This document shows positions 52,065 through 62,913 of a stretch of 64,000 nt of DNA, one piece after another. The notes below the pieces were generated by a model. It saw only the letters and a program-made list of their open reading frames with translations. It searched no databases and had not been told where the DNA came from. The stretch's first letter is position 1. Each line of letters starts with the position of its first letter. Source of the stretch: a virus (taxonomy: Duplodnaviria > Heunggongvirae > Uroviricota > Caudoviricetes). The position numbers and the translations under genes were made by a program. The DNA is taken from positions 224,001 to 288,000 of the IMG/VR virus record IMGVR_UViG_3300037067_008064; one strand, written 5' to 3'.

Positions 52065-54989
52065 ATGCCAAGAGATTTACTTAAAATAAAGGATTTATAT
52101 TTAGAAAAATATAAGTTACAATTAAAAGCTGAAATAGAAAAGGATAAAGAGTTTTTAAAGATACCTAAATCTTTAGGATTAAGTAAAGAAGCATTGAATC
52201 AAATATTAGATGAAAACATAGATAAAATAACTAATGCTTTTAAAGAAGAATATAAAGATGCAAAAGATATTTATTATGAATTTAAAACTTCAAAACCATT
52301 AAGAACATTATATAAAAATTCTACAAATAATATAAAGCAGCAAGTACAATTGACAGCTAAAGATACTAAAGTATTAACCTTATATTTATTAAATGAAGCT
52401 AAAACTATTATTAATGATGTAACACACCCATCGCAATTTAGAGTAAAACATTTACAAAATTTAATTGATAATGCAAAATTAAGTATAGATAATCAAACAT
52501 TAATTAACTTATTAGAAGGAATTGTAATTGGATTATTGACTTACTATTCTGCAAATTTATTGTATCAAAAAAATAAAAAGAAATATCAAAAGGCTTCTGA
52601 AGATACATTAAAGAAAAATACTGGTGATTTAAAATGTGTAAATATAGTTGGACCAACTAATGGTGATGTAAGTACTTTTGGTATTGATAGTAGTTTTCCA
52701 CCTGATAATTACAGTTGTCCAATAAATATTGATAATATTAATGTACCGCACGAACCTTTTGATAGTAAACAAAATAATTTTACATGTGAAGTACCTGTTG
52801 ATGGTATTATAGAATTAGATGATAAACCAGTTCAAGATGATATTTCTGTTAAAGCAATTATTGAGAGTGATTTTAAAAACATTAATGTTTCTGTAGGTGA
52901 TAATATAAATGAAAATACGGTTATCGGAAACACTGCGGTGAGTTCAGTTATATCTCCAATCATAGGTAATATAATTTCAATAGCTAATAATTCCATTGTA
53001 ATAGATAATATCTCTGACCCTTTAATATTTCCTGAAGTTTTAAAAGCACAAGAATTAATAGATTTATATAAAGAATCTGTGGCAATTAAAGATATGATTA
53101 ATAAGTTTTTTATTAAATCAATTTTACCTGTTATGTTATCTAATGCAGTTGATATAGATAATTTAGTTACGCCTATTGAATTCTTTACTGTACAATATAA
53201 TGGTGTAAAGCTTTTATATAATAGTGTAATGGATGAATATCAAAATATAATTAATTTTTATGAAGATAATGTGAAGTCTATTACAGGACAAGATAACGTG
53301 AAACTTAAAACTGAGAATGATGGTTTATTAGATATTAAAACAGATATTGATGAACAAGAAAGAATTTTATATATCAATATTAATTTATTACATGATACTG
53401 CAATTGATAAAGCAAAAGTATCAATGGGTATAATTGGGGATTTTATGTTGAAAGATTACTATCATGACTTATATCTGTCATTACAAAGTATCGAATCACC
53501 TGTGTCCTTACAAACAGAATACATAAACAAGATTAATGATTTTGCACACGACCGCGATAACTTTCAGTTCAATGAAAAACCAATGATTATTAATGAAGCG
53601 GTTTATATAGAAGATTATTTTAAAAGATTATTTCTTAAACTGGATGAAATTAATAAACAAATTGCTGAAATAACTATTGATTTACAAAGTTATAATAGTC
53701 TTGCTCCTTATATTATAAAGACAATTGACAATGAACCATATAGATATTATAAGACAATTGATAATCCGGAAAATACTTGTGTATCAAATGACGATTCCGA
53801 TAATCCATATATGTCTCCTAAATCTAAAATTCAAATGGACAATATACAATATTGGTTAAAATATTGTGGATATGCAACTTTAGGAAGTGTTATTAATTAT
53901 CCTACAGGATGGTCAACAGGGTTTGTTGGACCTAGTGGCCCTATATTATTTCCAGTAGTTTATATTCCAATTAAATCAATTGTAACTAAATATGGGTTTA
54001 TAGTATTAGGTTTAACTATATGTGGTGTATATCCATTTCCTTGGATATTAATATCTAATTTTTCATCTAATTATATTATACCTATTGGCGACCCAACTAT
54101 AGCTATTAAAACACAAATTAAATCTTTTAAAAAAGAATTAACAGATAAAATAAAGAATTTTAAAAATACTTATATTAAAAATTTATTAAAAGAAAAACAA
54201 GATCAAATTAATTATAAGAATAGTGAAATCACAACATCACAAATTTTATTAAGACAATTAAAGACAAATAAACCAGATAAAAGTAAATTTAGAAAATTAG
54301 ATATGACTCAAAGCTATAGTACTGTAATTAAAAAAATAGATTACATGAAACAATATACAGAAGAATTAGCTAAATGGGAAGAATCTAAATTACAATTAGA
54401 ACTAGGAATTGAAACTTTAAAAATAGAGAGATTTGTATTAGAAGAAGAATATAAAATTATTTATGATATATCTACAATAGGTAAATCAAAAAATACTACT
54501 ATTACAAATCCAAAAATAGAAACAGTGAAACAAACACAAAAAACATTAGATCAAATAGAAGGAAAGATAAGTAATTTACTAAATAAAATTAATATGATAT
54601 TTGCTGCATTGCCTATATCTTTAAAGCCAATGAGTACTAATTTTGGACCGACAATTAAAAAACCAGTTCCAAAGACAGAAATAGAAACAGATTTAGATGA
54701 TAACACAAATGAAGAAGCATTAAAAGATGTCACGAAACAATTTAATATATCTAATGAAATACTAACTTCTGAAAATTTTAATGAAGATATAACAAAAACA
54801 CCTATTGGTAATTATGAAAGATACACAAATGAATTAAAATCAAAAATGAATCTTATTGTTAAAAAAGATTCATTTCCGAAATATGAAAATTTAAAAGTAA
54901 TCAACTTAGGATGGGTTAAATTTATTTATACAAGTTGGACTCCAACTGGTGCAAAAGTTTTTGGCATCCCTGGAAATAACCCGCTATAG
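52065..54989 (+). CDS. Large coiled-coil baseplate-region protein
   Basis: 974 aa following the spike gene. Confidence 0.55.
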   Translation: MPRDLLKIKDLYLEKYKLQLKAEIEKDKEFLKIPKSLGLSKEALNQILDENIDKITNAFKEEYKDAKDIYYEFKTSKPLRTLYKNSTNNIKQQVQLTAKDTKVLTLYLLNEAKTIINDVTHPSQFRVKHLQNLIDNAKLSIDNQTLINLLEGIVIGLLTYYSANLLYQKNKKKYQKASEDTLKKNTGDLKCVNIVGPTNGDVSTFGIDSSFPPDNYSCPINIDNINVPHEPFDSKQNNFTCEVPVDGIIELDDKPVQDDISVKAIIESDFKNINVSVGDNINENTVIGNTAVSSVISPIIGNIISIANNSIVIDNISDPLIFPEVLKAQELIDLYKESVAIKDMINKFFIKSILPVMLSNAVDIDNLVTPIEFFTVQYNGVKLLYNSVMDEYQNIINFYEDNVKSITGQDNVKLKTENDGLLDIKTDIDEQERILYININLLHDTAIDKAKVSMGIIGDFMLKDYYHDLYLSLQSIESPVSLQTEYINKINDFAHDRDNFQFNEKPMIINEAVYIEDYFKRLFLKLDEINKQIAEITIDLQSYNSLAPYIIKTIDNEPYRYYKTIDNPENTCVSNDDSDNPYMSPKSKIQMDNIQYWLKYCGYATLGSVINYPTGWSTGFVGPSGPILFPVVYIPIKSIVTKYGFIVLGLTICGVYPFPWILISNFSSNYIIPIGDPTIAIKTQIKSFKKELTDKIKNFKNTYIKNLLKEKQDQINYKNSEITTSQILLRQLKTNKPDKSKFRKLDMTQSYSTVIKKIDYMKQYTEELAKWEESKLQLELGIETLKIERFVLEEEYKIIYDISTIGKSKNTTITNPKIETVKQTQKTLDQIEGKISNLLNKINMIFAALPISLKPMSTNFGPTIKKPVPKTEIETDLDDNTNEEALKDVTKQFNISNEILTSENFNEDITKTPIGNYERYTNELKSKMNLIVKKDSFPKYENLKVINLGWVKFIYTSWTPTGAKVFGIPGNNPL

Positions 54990-55826
54990 TTTTTTATTTT
55001 TAAGAGTTTCAGAAATTTTTCTTTTATGTTCTTCAGAAATTTTTTTTCCTTTTAAAGCAATACTATGTTTTTGTTTAATTTCTAAAGCTTTTTCTTCACC
55101 GTATAATTCTATATAACTTTTTCCTTTAAATTTTTTACTTATTTTATTTTTAATTTCTAAAGCTTTTTCTTCACCGTATAATTCTATAATAGTTTTTCCT
55201 TTATATAAATTTCTTAAAAAATCTTTTTGTTTATTATTTAATTTTACACCTTTTCTTGCTCCAGTTTTTCCAAACATTGGATTATTTTTACCCAAATTAA
55301 TAATTCTTAATTTATTTTTATGTTCTTCTGAAAACTTTCTTCCTTTTGCTTTTTCACTCATTTTCCTTTTGGATTCTTCGGTATGTTTATATCCTTTTGC
55401 AAATTGTTTTCCTTTACTAGCGTTTCCAATTTTTTCTTTCCAATTTTTTATTTTTTTATTATATGTTTCTTCATCACATTTTAATTTCCATATTTCTGGT
55501 ATTCCAATTCCACATGTATTCCAACTATTTGGTTTATTTGGTAAATGTCTATTATATCCATTGGGTTCTAGTGTATTACATTCTATAATATATTCACACT
55601 CATTATTTAGCATTTCATCTTTATTGATACAAATTTTTAAAATTTCTTTTTTAAAATTATTTATACCAAATAACTTAATATCATTTTTAAGATATATGCT
55701 TGAACCCCAATAATTATCATCATGTATATTTTCTTTATAACAAAGTCTACTACCTACATAAGATTTATTATTGATTAAATTTACTATTTTATAAACATAA
55801 TAAAATTTTGGAATTCTTTTTAACAT
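54984..55826 (-). CDS. GIY-YIG homing endonuclease with NUMOD3 and duplicated YGEEK module
   Basis: YVYKIVNLINNKSYVGSR, YWGS, PNGYN; IELYGEEKALEIK twice (40-bp DNA repeat at 55074 and 55149). Confidence 0.9.
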   Translation of the reverse strand: MLKRIPKFYYVYKIVNLINNKSYVGSRLCYKENIHDDNYWGSSIYLKNDIKLFGINNFKKEILKICINKDEMLNNECEYIIECNTLEPNGYNRHLPNKPNSWNTCGIGIPEIWKLKCDEETYNKKIKNWKEKIGNASKGKQFAKGYKHTEESKRKMSEKAKGRKFSEEHKNKLRIINLGKNNPMFGKTGARKGVKLNNKQKDFLRNLYKGKTIIELYGEEKALEIKNKISKKFKGKSYIELYGEEKALEIKQKHSIALKGKKISEEHKRKISETLKNKKL

Positions 55827-55840
55827 AAATTAAATTTTAT

Positions 55841-55882
55841 TTATATATTTATATTAAAAAGAAATTTACGGTATGCTAATGT
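55841..55882 (-). promoter_or_regulatory. Box plus promoter ACATTAGCATACCG-N18-AAATATATAA, copy 2
   Basis: Matches 23835-23876. Confidence 0.65.
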
Positions 55883-55909
55883 AAATACTAATAAAAGTTA
55901 ATTACCTTC

Positions 55910-57988
55910 TTAATAATCAGTTCTCATAAATTCATCTAAGAAATATAAAGTATCGTTTATTCTAAAACACGCATTACTTTCTTCTTCACCTTCATTTTCT
56001 GGATTAACTTCATATTCTATTTCAGCTTCAACTGGTTCTGATAATTCACCATCATAATTAAATCTCCAACGAAGGCCATCACCACTATCATTTATTTCAA
56101 TTTCCATTCCCCCAAAATTACTAAGTGTTAAATAAGCATCTGCATGAAAAGGTTCTTCAACATTATGATAAGATTCATTTAATAATTTATTAATTTCTTT
56201 TTGATCTTTATCTCTTTTAGTTGGTAAACCATAAGTTCTTATATATTTAGATTTTTTTTCATCCCAACGAAAACTTAACTTCTTTTTTTCAAGAGATGAT
56301 TTTATTTTATTATATTGTGTTTTTGAAAGTTTAATTTGAATTGGGTCATCTTTAGAATCATCTTTAGATTCATTTAAATCTCCATATTTATCAAAGTTAT
56401 CATAATTATCACTAATATAAACCACTTCATCGCTTGTGAGTTTTATATTTTTATTATAAGCAAAATCAGCAACATAATTAGGTGAAACAATATCTGGGTC
56501 AACATCAGATGATTTAAGTAATCTTGCTACTTTTTTAACTTTATAAAAATCTATATTTTCATTTAAAGATTCATTTACTTTACTTATGTTTCCTAAACTA
56601 ACTTCATATGTTTTCTTTTCAGAATTTTTTACTACATATGCTTTATCTCCAATTATTTTTTTTACTTTGCCATACCAACCGCTATTAGCATATTCTACAA
56701 AAACATCATCTCCTTCTTCTACGTTTTCATTTAAAGATTCTGTTAATTTTTCATACCTTTGCCAACGTTCATATTCTTCTTTACTTATTTCATTATTATC
56801 TAAAAGATATTTCATGTAATTTTCTAAAGTCCAATCTTCATCTCCAACTTCATCATTCATAAATCTAGATTGCCAATATTTATGTAAATTTTCTCTATCA
56901 AATGGTTTGCGCGATTCATTTGTTTCTTCAACTACACTATATGAATATCCACCATAACCATTTGATGCAGCATTATTTTTTGCTTTTTCTAAATTATCAC
57001 ATAAGCTTTGTATATTTTTTGGATTCATGTTTATTTTTTTGTTTCCTTTTTCATTTTCCCAGGATTGTCCAACTTCTAATGTATACCTAAAATAATTAAT
57101 AAGTTCAGGCAAAGTTCCTTCTTCAAATCTATCTGGATAAGAGTTGCCAAAGGTACCAGACCTTCTTATTTTTATTTTATATTTTTTATCTTGTGATAAG
57201 GATTCGTCCATATCATAATCAGGTTCTGATTCTTCACTATAATCTCTATATTGATTGTATGTCATTCTTGGTTCTCCTGCATCATTAAATGGTCCATCAC
57301 CAGTAATAACATCTGTTGCTTCATTATCTAACCATTTATTAAATTCTTTATAATCTTCTGGGTATTCTTCTTTTATTTTAGCATGAGCATTATTTAAAGC
57401 TTGTTCTCTTGTATAACCATCTTCTAAAAACGATTGCCCCCAATCAGATAATTCATCTAACATTTTAGTATATAAATCTATTTTATCATTTGGAGCATAA
57501 GATTCACGTATAACACCAGTCATTGCAACTTTATCAAGTTTTCCATTTGAACGTTTTATTGTATAATATTCTTCACGTCTATTTATTCCTTGAACAATTC
57601 CAAAAGCTTTAACCATAAATCCATGATCATTTATATCATCATATCTTACTTTTTCTCCAATTTCAATATTATATTGTTCATCAACATTATCATTAGAATC
57701 ATCACCAATATTATGCCACTTCCAATCTTCAGGATTTCCTATTGCCCATTTATCATATAAATCTTCTAACTCTGGAATTGATAAAGATTCTAAATATTCT
57801 CGTGTATTTTCATCGTCCCCAGGAGAGTCTAAGGCATAAATAGTAACTAATATTTTATTGATTAAAGAATCTTTTTTAGATTGATATCTAAAATCTTCTT
57901 CTGCAATAGGATTTTCAATATCTCTTGGTTCAAAATCTTCATATAAAGATTCTTTAACTAATTTTTGTGTATCAACTTTTTTATTCAT
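55910..57988 (-). CDS. Multi-module acidic polyprotein with repeated ESLNE-type linkers (putative head-internal cargo)
   Basis: LVKESLYE, IRES, MDESL, TNES, LTESLNEN, VNESLNEN, LNES, LLNES separate short domains. Confidence 0.75.
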   Translation of the reverse strand: MNKKVDTQKLVKESLYEDFEPRDIENPIAEEDFRYQSKKDSLINKILVTIYALDSPGDDENTREYLESLSIPELEDLYDKWAIGNPEDWKWHNIGDDSNDNVDEQYNIEIGEKVRYDDINDHGFMVKAFGIVQGINRREEYYTIKRSNGKLDKVAMTGVIRESYAPNDKIDLYTKMLDELSDWGQSFLEDGYTREQALNNAHAKIKEEYPEDYKEFNKWLDNEATDVITGDGPFNDAGEPRMTYNQYRDYSEESEPDYDMDESLSQDKKYKIKIRRSGTFGNSYPDRFEEGTLPELINYFRYTLEVGQSWENEKGNKKINMNPKNIQSLCDNLEKAKNNAASNGYGGYSYSVVEETNESRKPFDRENLHKYWQSRFMNDEVGDEDWTLENYMKYLLDNNEISKEEYERWQRYEKLTESLNENVEEGDDVFVEYANSGWYGKVKKIIGDKAYVVKNSEKKTYEVSLGNISKVNESLNENIDFYKVKKVARLLKSSDVDPDIVSPNYVADFAYNKNIKLTSDEVVYISDNYDNFDKYGDLNESKDDSKDDPIQIKLSKTQYNKIKSSLEKKKLSFRWDEKKSKYIRTYGLPTKRDKDQKEINKLLNESYHNVEEPFHADAYLTLSNFGGMEIEINDSGDGLRWRFNYDGELSEPVEAEIEYEVNPENEGEEESNACFRINDTLYFLDEFMRTDY

Positions 57989-58005
57989 TTTGTTTTTTTT
58001 TATTT

Positions 58006-58650
58006 TTATTGTTGCCCTAATCCAAGTATAGGTTGTCCTGTTCTTCCAGGATTTTGAGGATTATTAGGATCTGATAATTTATCTATTTCTTCTTTTCTTT
58101 GAATATCTATATTGCTATGTTGTATTTCACTTTCTTCAACTTCTGGTGTATTATTGAAATTCATACGTTGTTCCCAATAATCTTTTCCGTAGTCTATTGT
58201 AAGTTCTTCATTTTTTTGTATACTTTTTTTTGCAATGAAATGCATTTGCCTTGTTGATTTATTATAAGCAAAATCTAAATTAGGTGTTTGTGAGTGTTTA
58301 TATAAAGTTCCATAACCTAAAACAACACCATACATTTTTTGTCCTTTATCAATTTCAAATACTTTATCTTTTAGTGTTTCAATTGAAATTGCACTATCAT
58401 TTAACATAATGATTGGGCAAATTTCTACAATGTCACCTTTATAAAAATTACCATTAGCTTTAACAGTATAATCTCCATTATCTGTCTTAGTCCAATGTAT
58501 TTGTGATGGTGAAAAATTATCTTTTTTTAAAGCCAAAGCATCAGATTTATCTGATAAATGAATTGGTTCTTTAGATATACTATCATTTTCTTCAAATGGA
58601 TTGTAAAAATCTTCTTCTAATTTTGGTATTTTTATTTTGTTTTTAATCAT
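58006..58650 (-). CDS. SET-domain protein
   Basis: KGDIVEICP, GYGTLYKHSQTPN, FIAKKSIQKNEELTIDYG..YW. Confidence 0.85.
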   Translation of the reverse strand: MIKNKIKIPKLEEDFYNPFEENDSISKEPIHLSDKSDALALKKDNFSPSQIHWTKTDNGDYTVKANGNFYKGDIVEICPIIMLNDSAISIETLKDKVFEIDKGQKMYGVVLGYGTLYKHSQTPNLDFAYNKSTRQMHFIAKKSIQKNEELTIDYGKDYWEQRMNFNNTPEVEESEIQHSNIDIQRKEEIDKLSDPNNPQNPGRTGQPILGLGQQ

Positions 58651-58846
58651 TTGCTTCTTTATTTATTTCATCAGCTCTTTCTTGTGCTCTATCAATATCA
58701 AGATAATATTCTACTAATTCAAAATCATCTTCATTAACATCATTTGCGTCTTCAATATAAGCAGACGTTCCATCAAAAACAACAGCATATCTTCCAGAAT
58801 TATCATAATATTCATTTAAACTTTCTCTAACAAACTGTCTTTTCAT
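58643..58846 (-). CDS. Small acidic protein with VRESLNE leader
   Basis: MKRQFVRESLNEY. Confidence 0.65.
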   Translation of the reverse strand: MKRQFVRESLNEYYDNSGRYAVVFDGTSAYIEDANDVNEDDFELVEYYLDIDRAQERADEINKEAND

Positions 58847-59868
58847 ATTTTTTTATTTATTTTATACTGTTTAAGTGATTCAAATTTTTGTGATTTAAAA
58901 TTGAGTATATAATTTTTATAATCATCTCCATATTTTTGTTTTAATAAATTATCGACTTCAACCCAAGTATCTTTTTTATCTTTATTTTTAATTTTATCTG
59001 GAAATACTGAAATTATATCTGGCATTGATTGTAATACTTCTATTTTTTCATCACCCGATAATGATAAAGAATTAATAATATCTTTTATTTTACCACCTAA
59101 ATCTGTAGAACCACTTGATAACATATATTGTATAATTTCTTGTGCTCTTGGCAAATCTTTGCTATAAATTTTATCCCCCCTTATTAATTCTTCATCTTCT
59201 AATTTTTGCATAAAATTTTTATTAAGATTAACAAATATTCTTTTCTTTTTTTCTAATGGAGATAAATTTTCAACCCCGGCTAATTTAGGAAGTTTATTTT
59301 GTATGGTATCAAAGAATTCATAAAATTCTTTTGGCTTCATTGTAGAATTAATAATTTTAGCAATTATTTTTTTATAAATAGGGTTATCAATATTTTCAGG
59401 GTTAATTAAAAAATCTATAATTTTATCTGAAAGTACATTGGCATCACCATATTTTTTAGCAATATCTCCAGTAATTAAAGTTTGTACTTCTCTAAAAATA
59501 GGAGTTTTTAAAATTGATTTAAGTTGGTCAGCTTCTAGATGCATTTCATAACCAGCAACATCTTCTAAAATATTATTAATAGATTTTTTTACACCAGTAA
59601 CCCATTTATTGAATTTTTCAGGATTTTTAGTTTCAGTTCCGTAATTATAAAAATTAGAATAATTAACTCTATTAATTAATTCTCTAATTCTTCTAATTTG
59701 TCTTAATAATCTTTGAATTACAAATGATTGTGTTTTAGTTTTTGAGTTTTCTAAATTATAAATTTGTTCCATAAAATCATCATAAGATGTCTTAATATTG
59801 AGATACAAATCTTGTTCAAGATTAAATTTCCTTTGGGCATTGCTCATTCCTTCTAATATATGGTTCAT
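58843..59868 (-). CDS. Helical hypothetical protein
   Basis: ORF track 58843..59961; likely start MNHILEG at 59868. Confidence 0.6.
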   Translation of the reverse strand: MNHILEGMSNAQRKFNLEQDLYLNIKTSYDDFMEQIYNLENSKTKTQSFVIQRLLRQIRRIRELINRVNYSNFYNYGTETKNPEKFNKWVTGVKKSINNILEDVAGYEMHLEADQLKSILKTPIFREVQTLITGDIAKKYGDANVLSDKIIDFLINPENIDNPIYKKIIAKIINSTMKPKEFYEFFDTIQNKLPKLAGVENLSPLEKKKRIFVNLNKNFMQKLEDEELIRGDKIYSKDLPRAQEIIQYMLSSGSTDLGGKIKDIINSLSLSGDEKIEVLQSMPDIISVFPDKIKNKDKKDTWVEVDNLLKQKYGDDYKNYILNFKSQKFESLKQYKINKKI

Positions 59869-59881
59869 ATTATTATCAATT

Positions 59882-61033
59882 TTATTCTTCATATCCGCCA
59901 GTTGTACGTTCTTCATCAGATATTTCACTAGATGATTCACTAGATTGTTCTTCAATATCATCCGATACTAAAGCTATAATTTTATCTATATCTTCTTTAG
60001 TTTTAACCTTTTTTTCTGATGTGCTGTTTGGATTTGTTTTAAGTGCAATTACAAATAATTCTTCTTTTCTTTTTAAAAATCTAAGTTTATCAGTTTTGGA
60101 ATCATTTAAATAATAATAAGTATCTAATTTAACATCTTTATCATCTAAATAATCAAGTAAATCATCAAGTTCGGGTGCATTAGTTTCTTTTCTTATTTTT
60201 TCAACTACCAAAAATACTGTTTGTATTTCTTTTGGTGTAGTATTTTTAACATTAATTTTTTCACCGCTAGCATTTTTTTGATAAGATTGTATTGATAAAT
60301 TATCTCCTTCTCTATTAAATACAATATAATTAGTATAACTTTCTTTGGTATAACTATATTCTTTTTGAAATTCAATAGGTGGGTTTTGTTTCTTAAAATA
60401 TTCTTCAACTACATCTATTGTATATGCTTTTTCTTCTAAACCTTCTTCTTCTTTTTTTCTTTGTTCTTCTGCTTTTTTAGCTTCAACTTCTAATTTTTCT
60501 ATTGCAGCAGAAATTTGTGCTTTTACTTCATCTGTCCATCCTAAAGCATCATCTTCTAATTTTTTCCAAAATTTTTGTTTACTTGCTGTAGATAAAACAA
60601 CCCATAATGTTTGTAGGGCTAACTGTCCTTTTTCTGTTATGATAGCACCTAATAATGATTTATCTGTTATAAAGTTATTTATTTTCTTTTCATATAATGC
60701 CATAAGTCTATCAATTGCATTATTTAAATCTCTAAGTTGTTTTACTTGAAATTCACGAAATTGATCTCTCATCATTTTTTTAAGTTCTTTTGCTCTAAAA
60801 GAATCTTTCATTTTATCAACTTCTTCTGTTTTAGCGTCCATTTTATTTTTATAATCGAGAGCCTTTTTGTAGAATGGGTTAATAACTTTATTGAAGATAT
60901 CTTTTTCCATTTGTTTTTGAGAGGCGTTGATTTTATTTTTTGCACTATTATATTTTAAGCTTCTTGTTAAAATATTACCAGTGTGTTTTTCTGCTTCAAT
61001 AAGTAAATTTTGGTTGGTTGTTATATTAATCAT
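59882..61033 (-). CDS. Coiled-coil hypothetical protein
   Basis: 383 aa; class 1 promoter at 61041-61057. Confidence 0.65.
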   Translation of the reverse strand: MINITTNQNLLIEAEKHTGNILTRSLKYNSAKNKINASQKQMEKDIFNKVINPFYKKALDYKNKMDAKTEEVDKMKDSFRAKELKKMMRDQFREFQVKQLRDLNNAIDRLMALYEKKINNFITDKSLLGAIITEKGQLALQTLWVVLSTASKQKFWKKLEDDALGWTDEVKAQISAAIEKLEVEAKKAEEQRKKEEEGLEEKAYTIDVVEEYFKKQNPPIEFQKEYSYTKESYTNYIVFNREGDNLSIQSYQKNASGEKINVKNTTPKEIQTVFLVVEKIRKETNAPELDDLLDYLDDKDVKLDTYYYLNDSKTDKLRFLKRKEELFVIALKTNPNSTSEKKVKTKEDIDKIIALVSDDIEEQSSESSSEISDEERTTGGYEE

Positions 61034-61109
61034 AACTACATTTTATTTTATATATTCAAAATTTTATTGTTCCCAATGAATATATATTAAAATAAAATCA
61101 TAAAGTCTT

Positions 61110-61511
61110 ATGTTACCATTTTATAATGAATCTGATTTAAAAACTAAGGTATTTGTATATCTTTTAAAATTATTAGGTCACGCTGATCAATTGAGAATTA
61201 ATCATTGGGAAACGACAATTTTTGCAGAACATAAAATGACAGATGAGTTAGTTGGTAATCTCCATGATTTAATTGATAAATTGGCCGAAGCAACGATGGG
61301 TATTTATGGAAGACCACAAATTAATATGATAACAAATCAAATTTGTGATATTAAATTATGCAATACCAAAACAATTTTAGATGATATAATTAATTTAACT
61401 AATGATATCAATAAAGAACTTCAAAAAACTGAAAATGAAGATTTAAAAAATATTGTTGCAGATATATTTGAAACCACAAATAAATCTAAATATTTAATAA
61501 CCTTAGAATAA
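61110..61511 (+). CDS. Ferritin/Dps-like four-helix protein (DUF5856-like)
   Basis: HWETTIFAEHK, DKLAE..MGIYGR, DLKNI...KYLITL. Confidence 0.65.
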   Translation: MLPFYNESDLKTKVFVYLLKLLGHADQLRINHWETTIFAEHKMTDELVGNLHDLIDKLAEATMGIYGRPQINMITNQICDIKLCNTKTILDDIINLTNDINKELQKTENEDLKNIVADIFETTNKSKYLITLE

Positions 61512-61571
61512 AATTTTTAAAACTTTCTTGATTAAATTTCGTATAAATTGTAAACAATTAAATTTACATTT

Positions 61572-62699
61572 ATGATATTAGACTATGATGAAAAACAATA
61601 TCACAGAGCATTGGTTTGTGATGTTGATGATACATTGTCTTTAACTACCACAAGAGATTGGGAAAACGCGGAACCATTATGGCCGGCCATTAATCGTATT
61701 AATGAACTATATGATGATGGTTGGTATATAATATTATTAACTGCGAGAGGACAATTATCATGTCAAAGAGATACAGCTAAGGCGGATGAAAAATACCGTG
61801 ATAAAATGGAACACTGGCTTAAAGAGCATGGTGTTAAATATCATATTCTTTCATTTAATAAATACTTAGCATCTTATTATATTGATGATAAAGGTTTAAA
61901 CCCAACTGAATTTATTGAACTCGATATTAAAACAATTAAAACTGGTTGGAGTGGTGCTAATGTTGAAAAACGCGGTGACAGAATTTATAAGACACACCCG
62001 GATTCACTTAATGCAGCAGCATGGTATAAAATGGCATCTCCATTAGTTAATTGCCCTATAGTTCACAATGTAATTGGTGAAACAATATGTTTGGAATTCC
62101 TTAATACTAATGGTAAAAATTTTAAAATTGATGATGTACATAAGGATATAGAAAAGTTTTCTTTATATAAAACATATGTACCATTTTCAACTTATATAAA
62201 TAGAATGAAACTACACTGTGAAGCTAATAATGATTTTTTTGAAGTGCTCCCTCTCTTATTAGAATATGAAGATGTATATAATGCTAATAATTCTTTTTGT
62301 CATGGGGATTTTTCAATAGAGAATATAATACAAACTAATGATGGTATGTTTCTTATTGACCCTATTTATAATCCAAATAATTGGTCATCATATTTATTAG
62401 ATGTTTCTAAGATGATGCATTCTTATCGTAAATATAAAAGGATGTTTGAATATTCTGTATTCATGAATTACTATTTAACAAAAGGAATCGCAGGATTAAA
62501 ATATAGATTTAATAATGTTCTTAATGAAAAGGAACTTTATGATTGGTCAAAGTCTATATTGCAATTATTAGAAGTAACACAATGGATTAGAGTTGTTCGT
62601 TATTGTCCAGATAAAGAATTAAAAAAACAATATATTGATTTAATTCACAGAATGTTAATACAATTACAAACTAATAAAGAACTTTCAAATGATGTATAA
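61572..62699 (+). CDS. HAD phosphatase fused to an APH/choline-kinase-like phosphotransferase
   Basis: DVDDT, TARG, YIDDK (HAD); GWSGA, CHGDFSIENI, LIDP (kinase). Confidence 0.8.
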   Translation: MILDYDEKQYHRALVCDVDDTLSLTTTRDWENAEPLWPAINRINELYDDGWYIILLTARGQLSCQRDTAKADEKYRDKMEHWLKEHGVKYHILSFNKYLASYYIDDKGLNPTEFIELDIKTIKTGWSGANVEKRGDRIYKTHPDSLNAAAWYKMASPLVNCPIVHNVIGETICLEFLNTNGKNFKIDDVHKDIEKFSLYKTYVPFSTYINRMKLHCEANNDFFEVLPLLLEYEDVYNANNSFCHGDFSIENIIQTNDGMFLIDPIYNPNNWSSYLLDVSKMMHSYRKYKRMFEYSVFMNYYLTKGIAGLKYRFNNVLNEKELYDWSKSILQLLEVTQWIRVVRYCPDKELKKQYIDLIHRMLIQLQTNKELSNDV

Positions 62700-62739
62700 A
62701 AATGTTAAAACTTTTATAAATTTAATGAATATATAATAT

Positions 62740-62913
62740 ATGGAAGATTGGTATACATCAAAACAAATTTTAGATTTATTTAAGATACATAGGCAAACTT
62801 TAAATAATTGGAGAAACAATGGAACAATTGTTTATAAAAAAATTAATGCTAGAAAATTTATGTATCAACTTCCAAAATCTAAAATAATTAATAATGTAAA
62901 TGAAATCAATTAA
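62740..62913 (+). CDS. MerR-type HTH protein (57 aa) resembling the IS607 TnpA N-terminus; not in ORF track
   Basis: MEDWYTSKQILDLFKIHRQTLNNWRNNGTI; own class 1 promoter at 62727. Confidence 0.65.
   Translation: MEDWYTSKQILDLFKIHRQTLNNWRNNGTIVYKKINARKFMYQLPKSKIINNVNEIN

Noticed and set aside
18143-60958. Short antisense or nested ORFs in the track (e.g. 18143, 24778, 42779, 45437, 46175, 55369, 56586, 60737)
   Set aside because: Lie within longer, motif-bearing genes and show no independent signals
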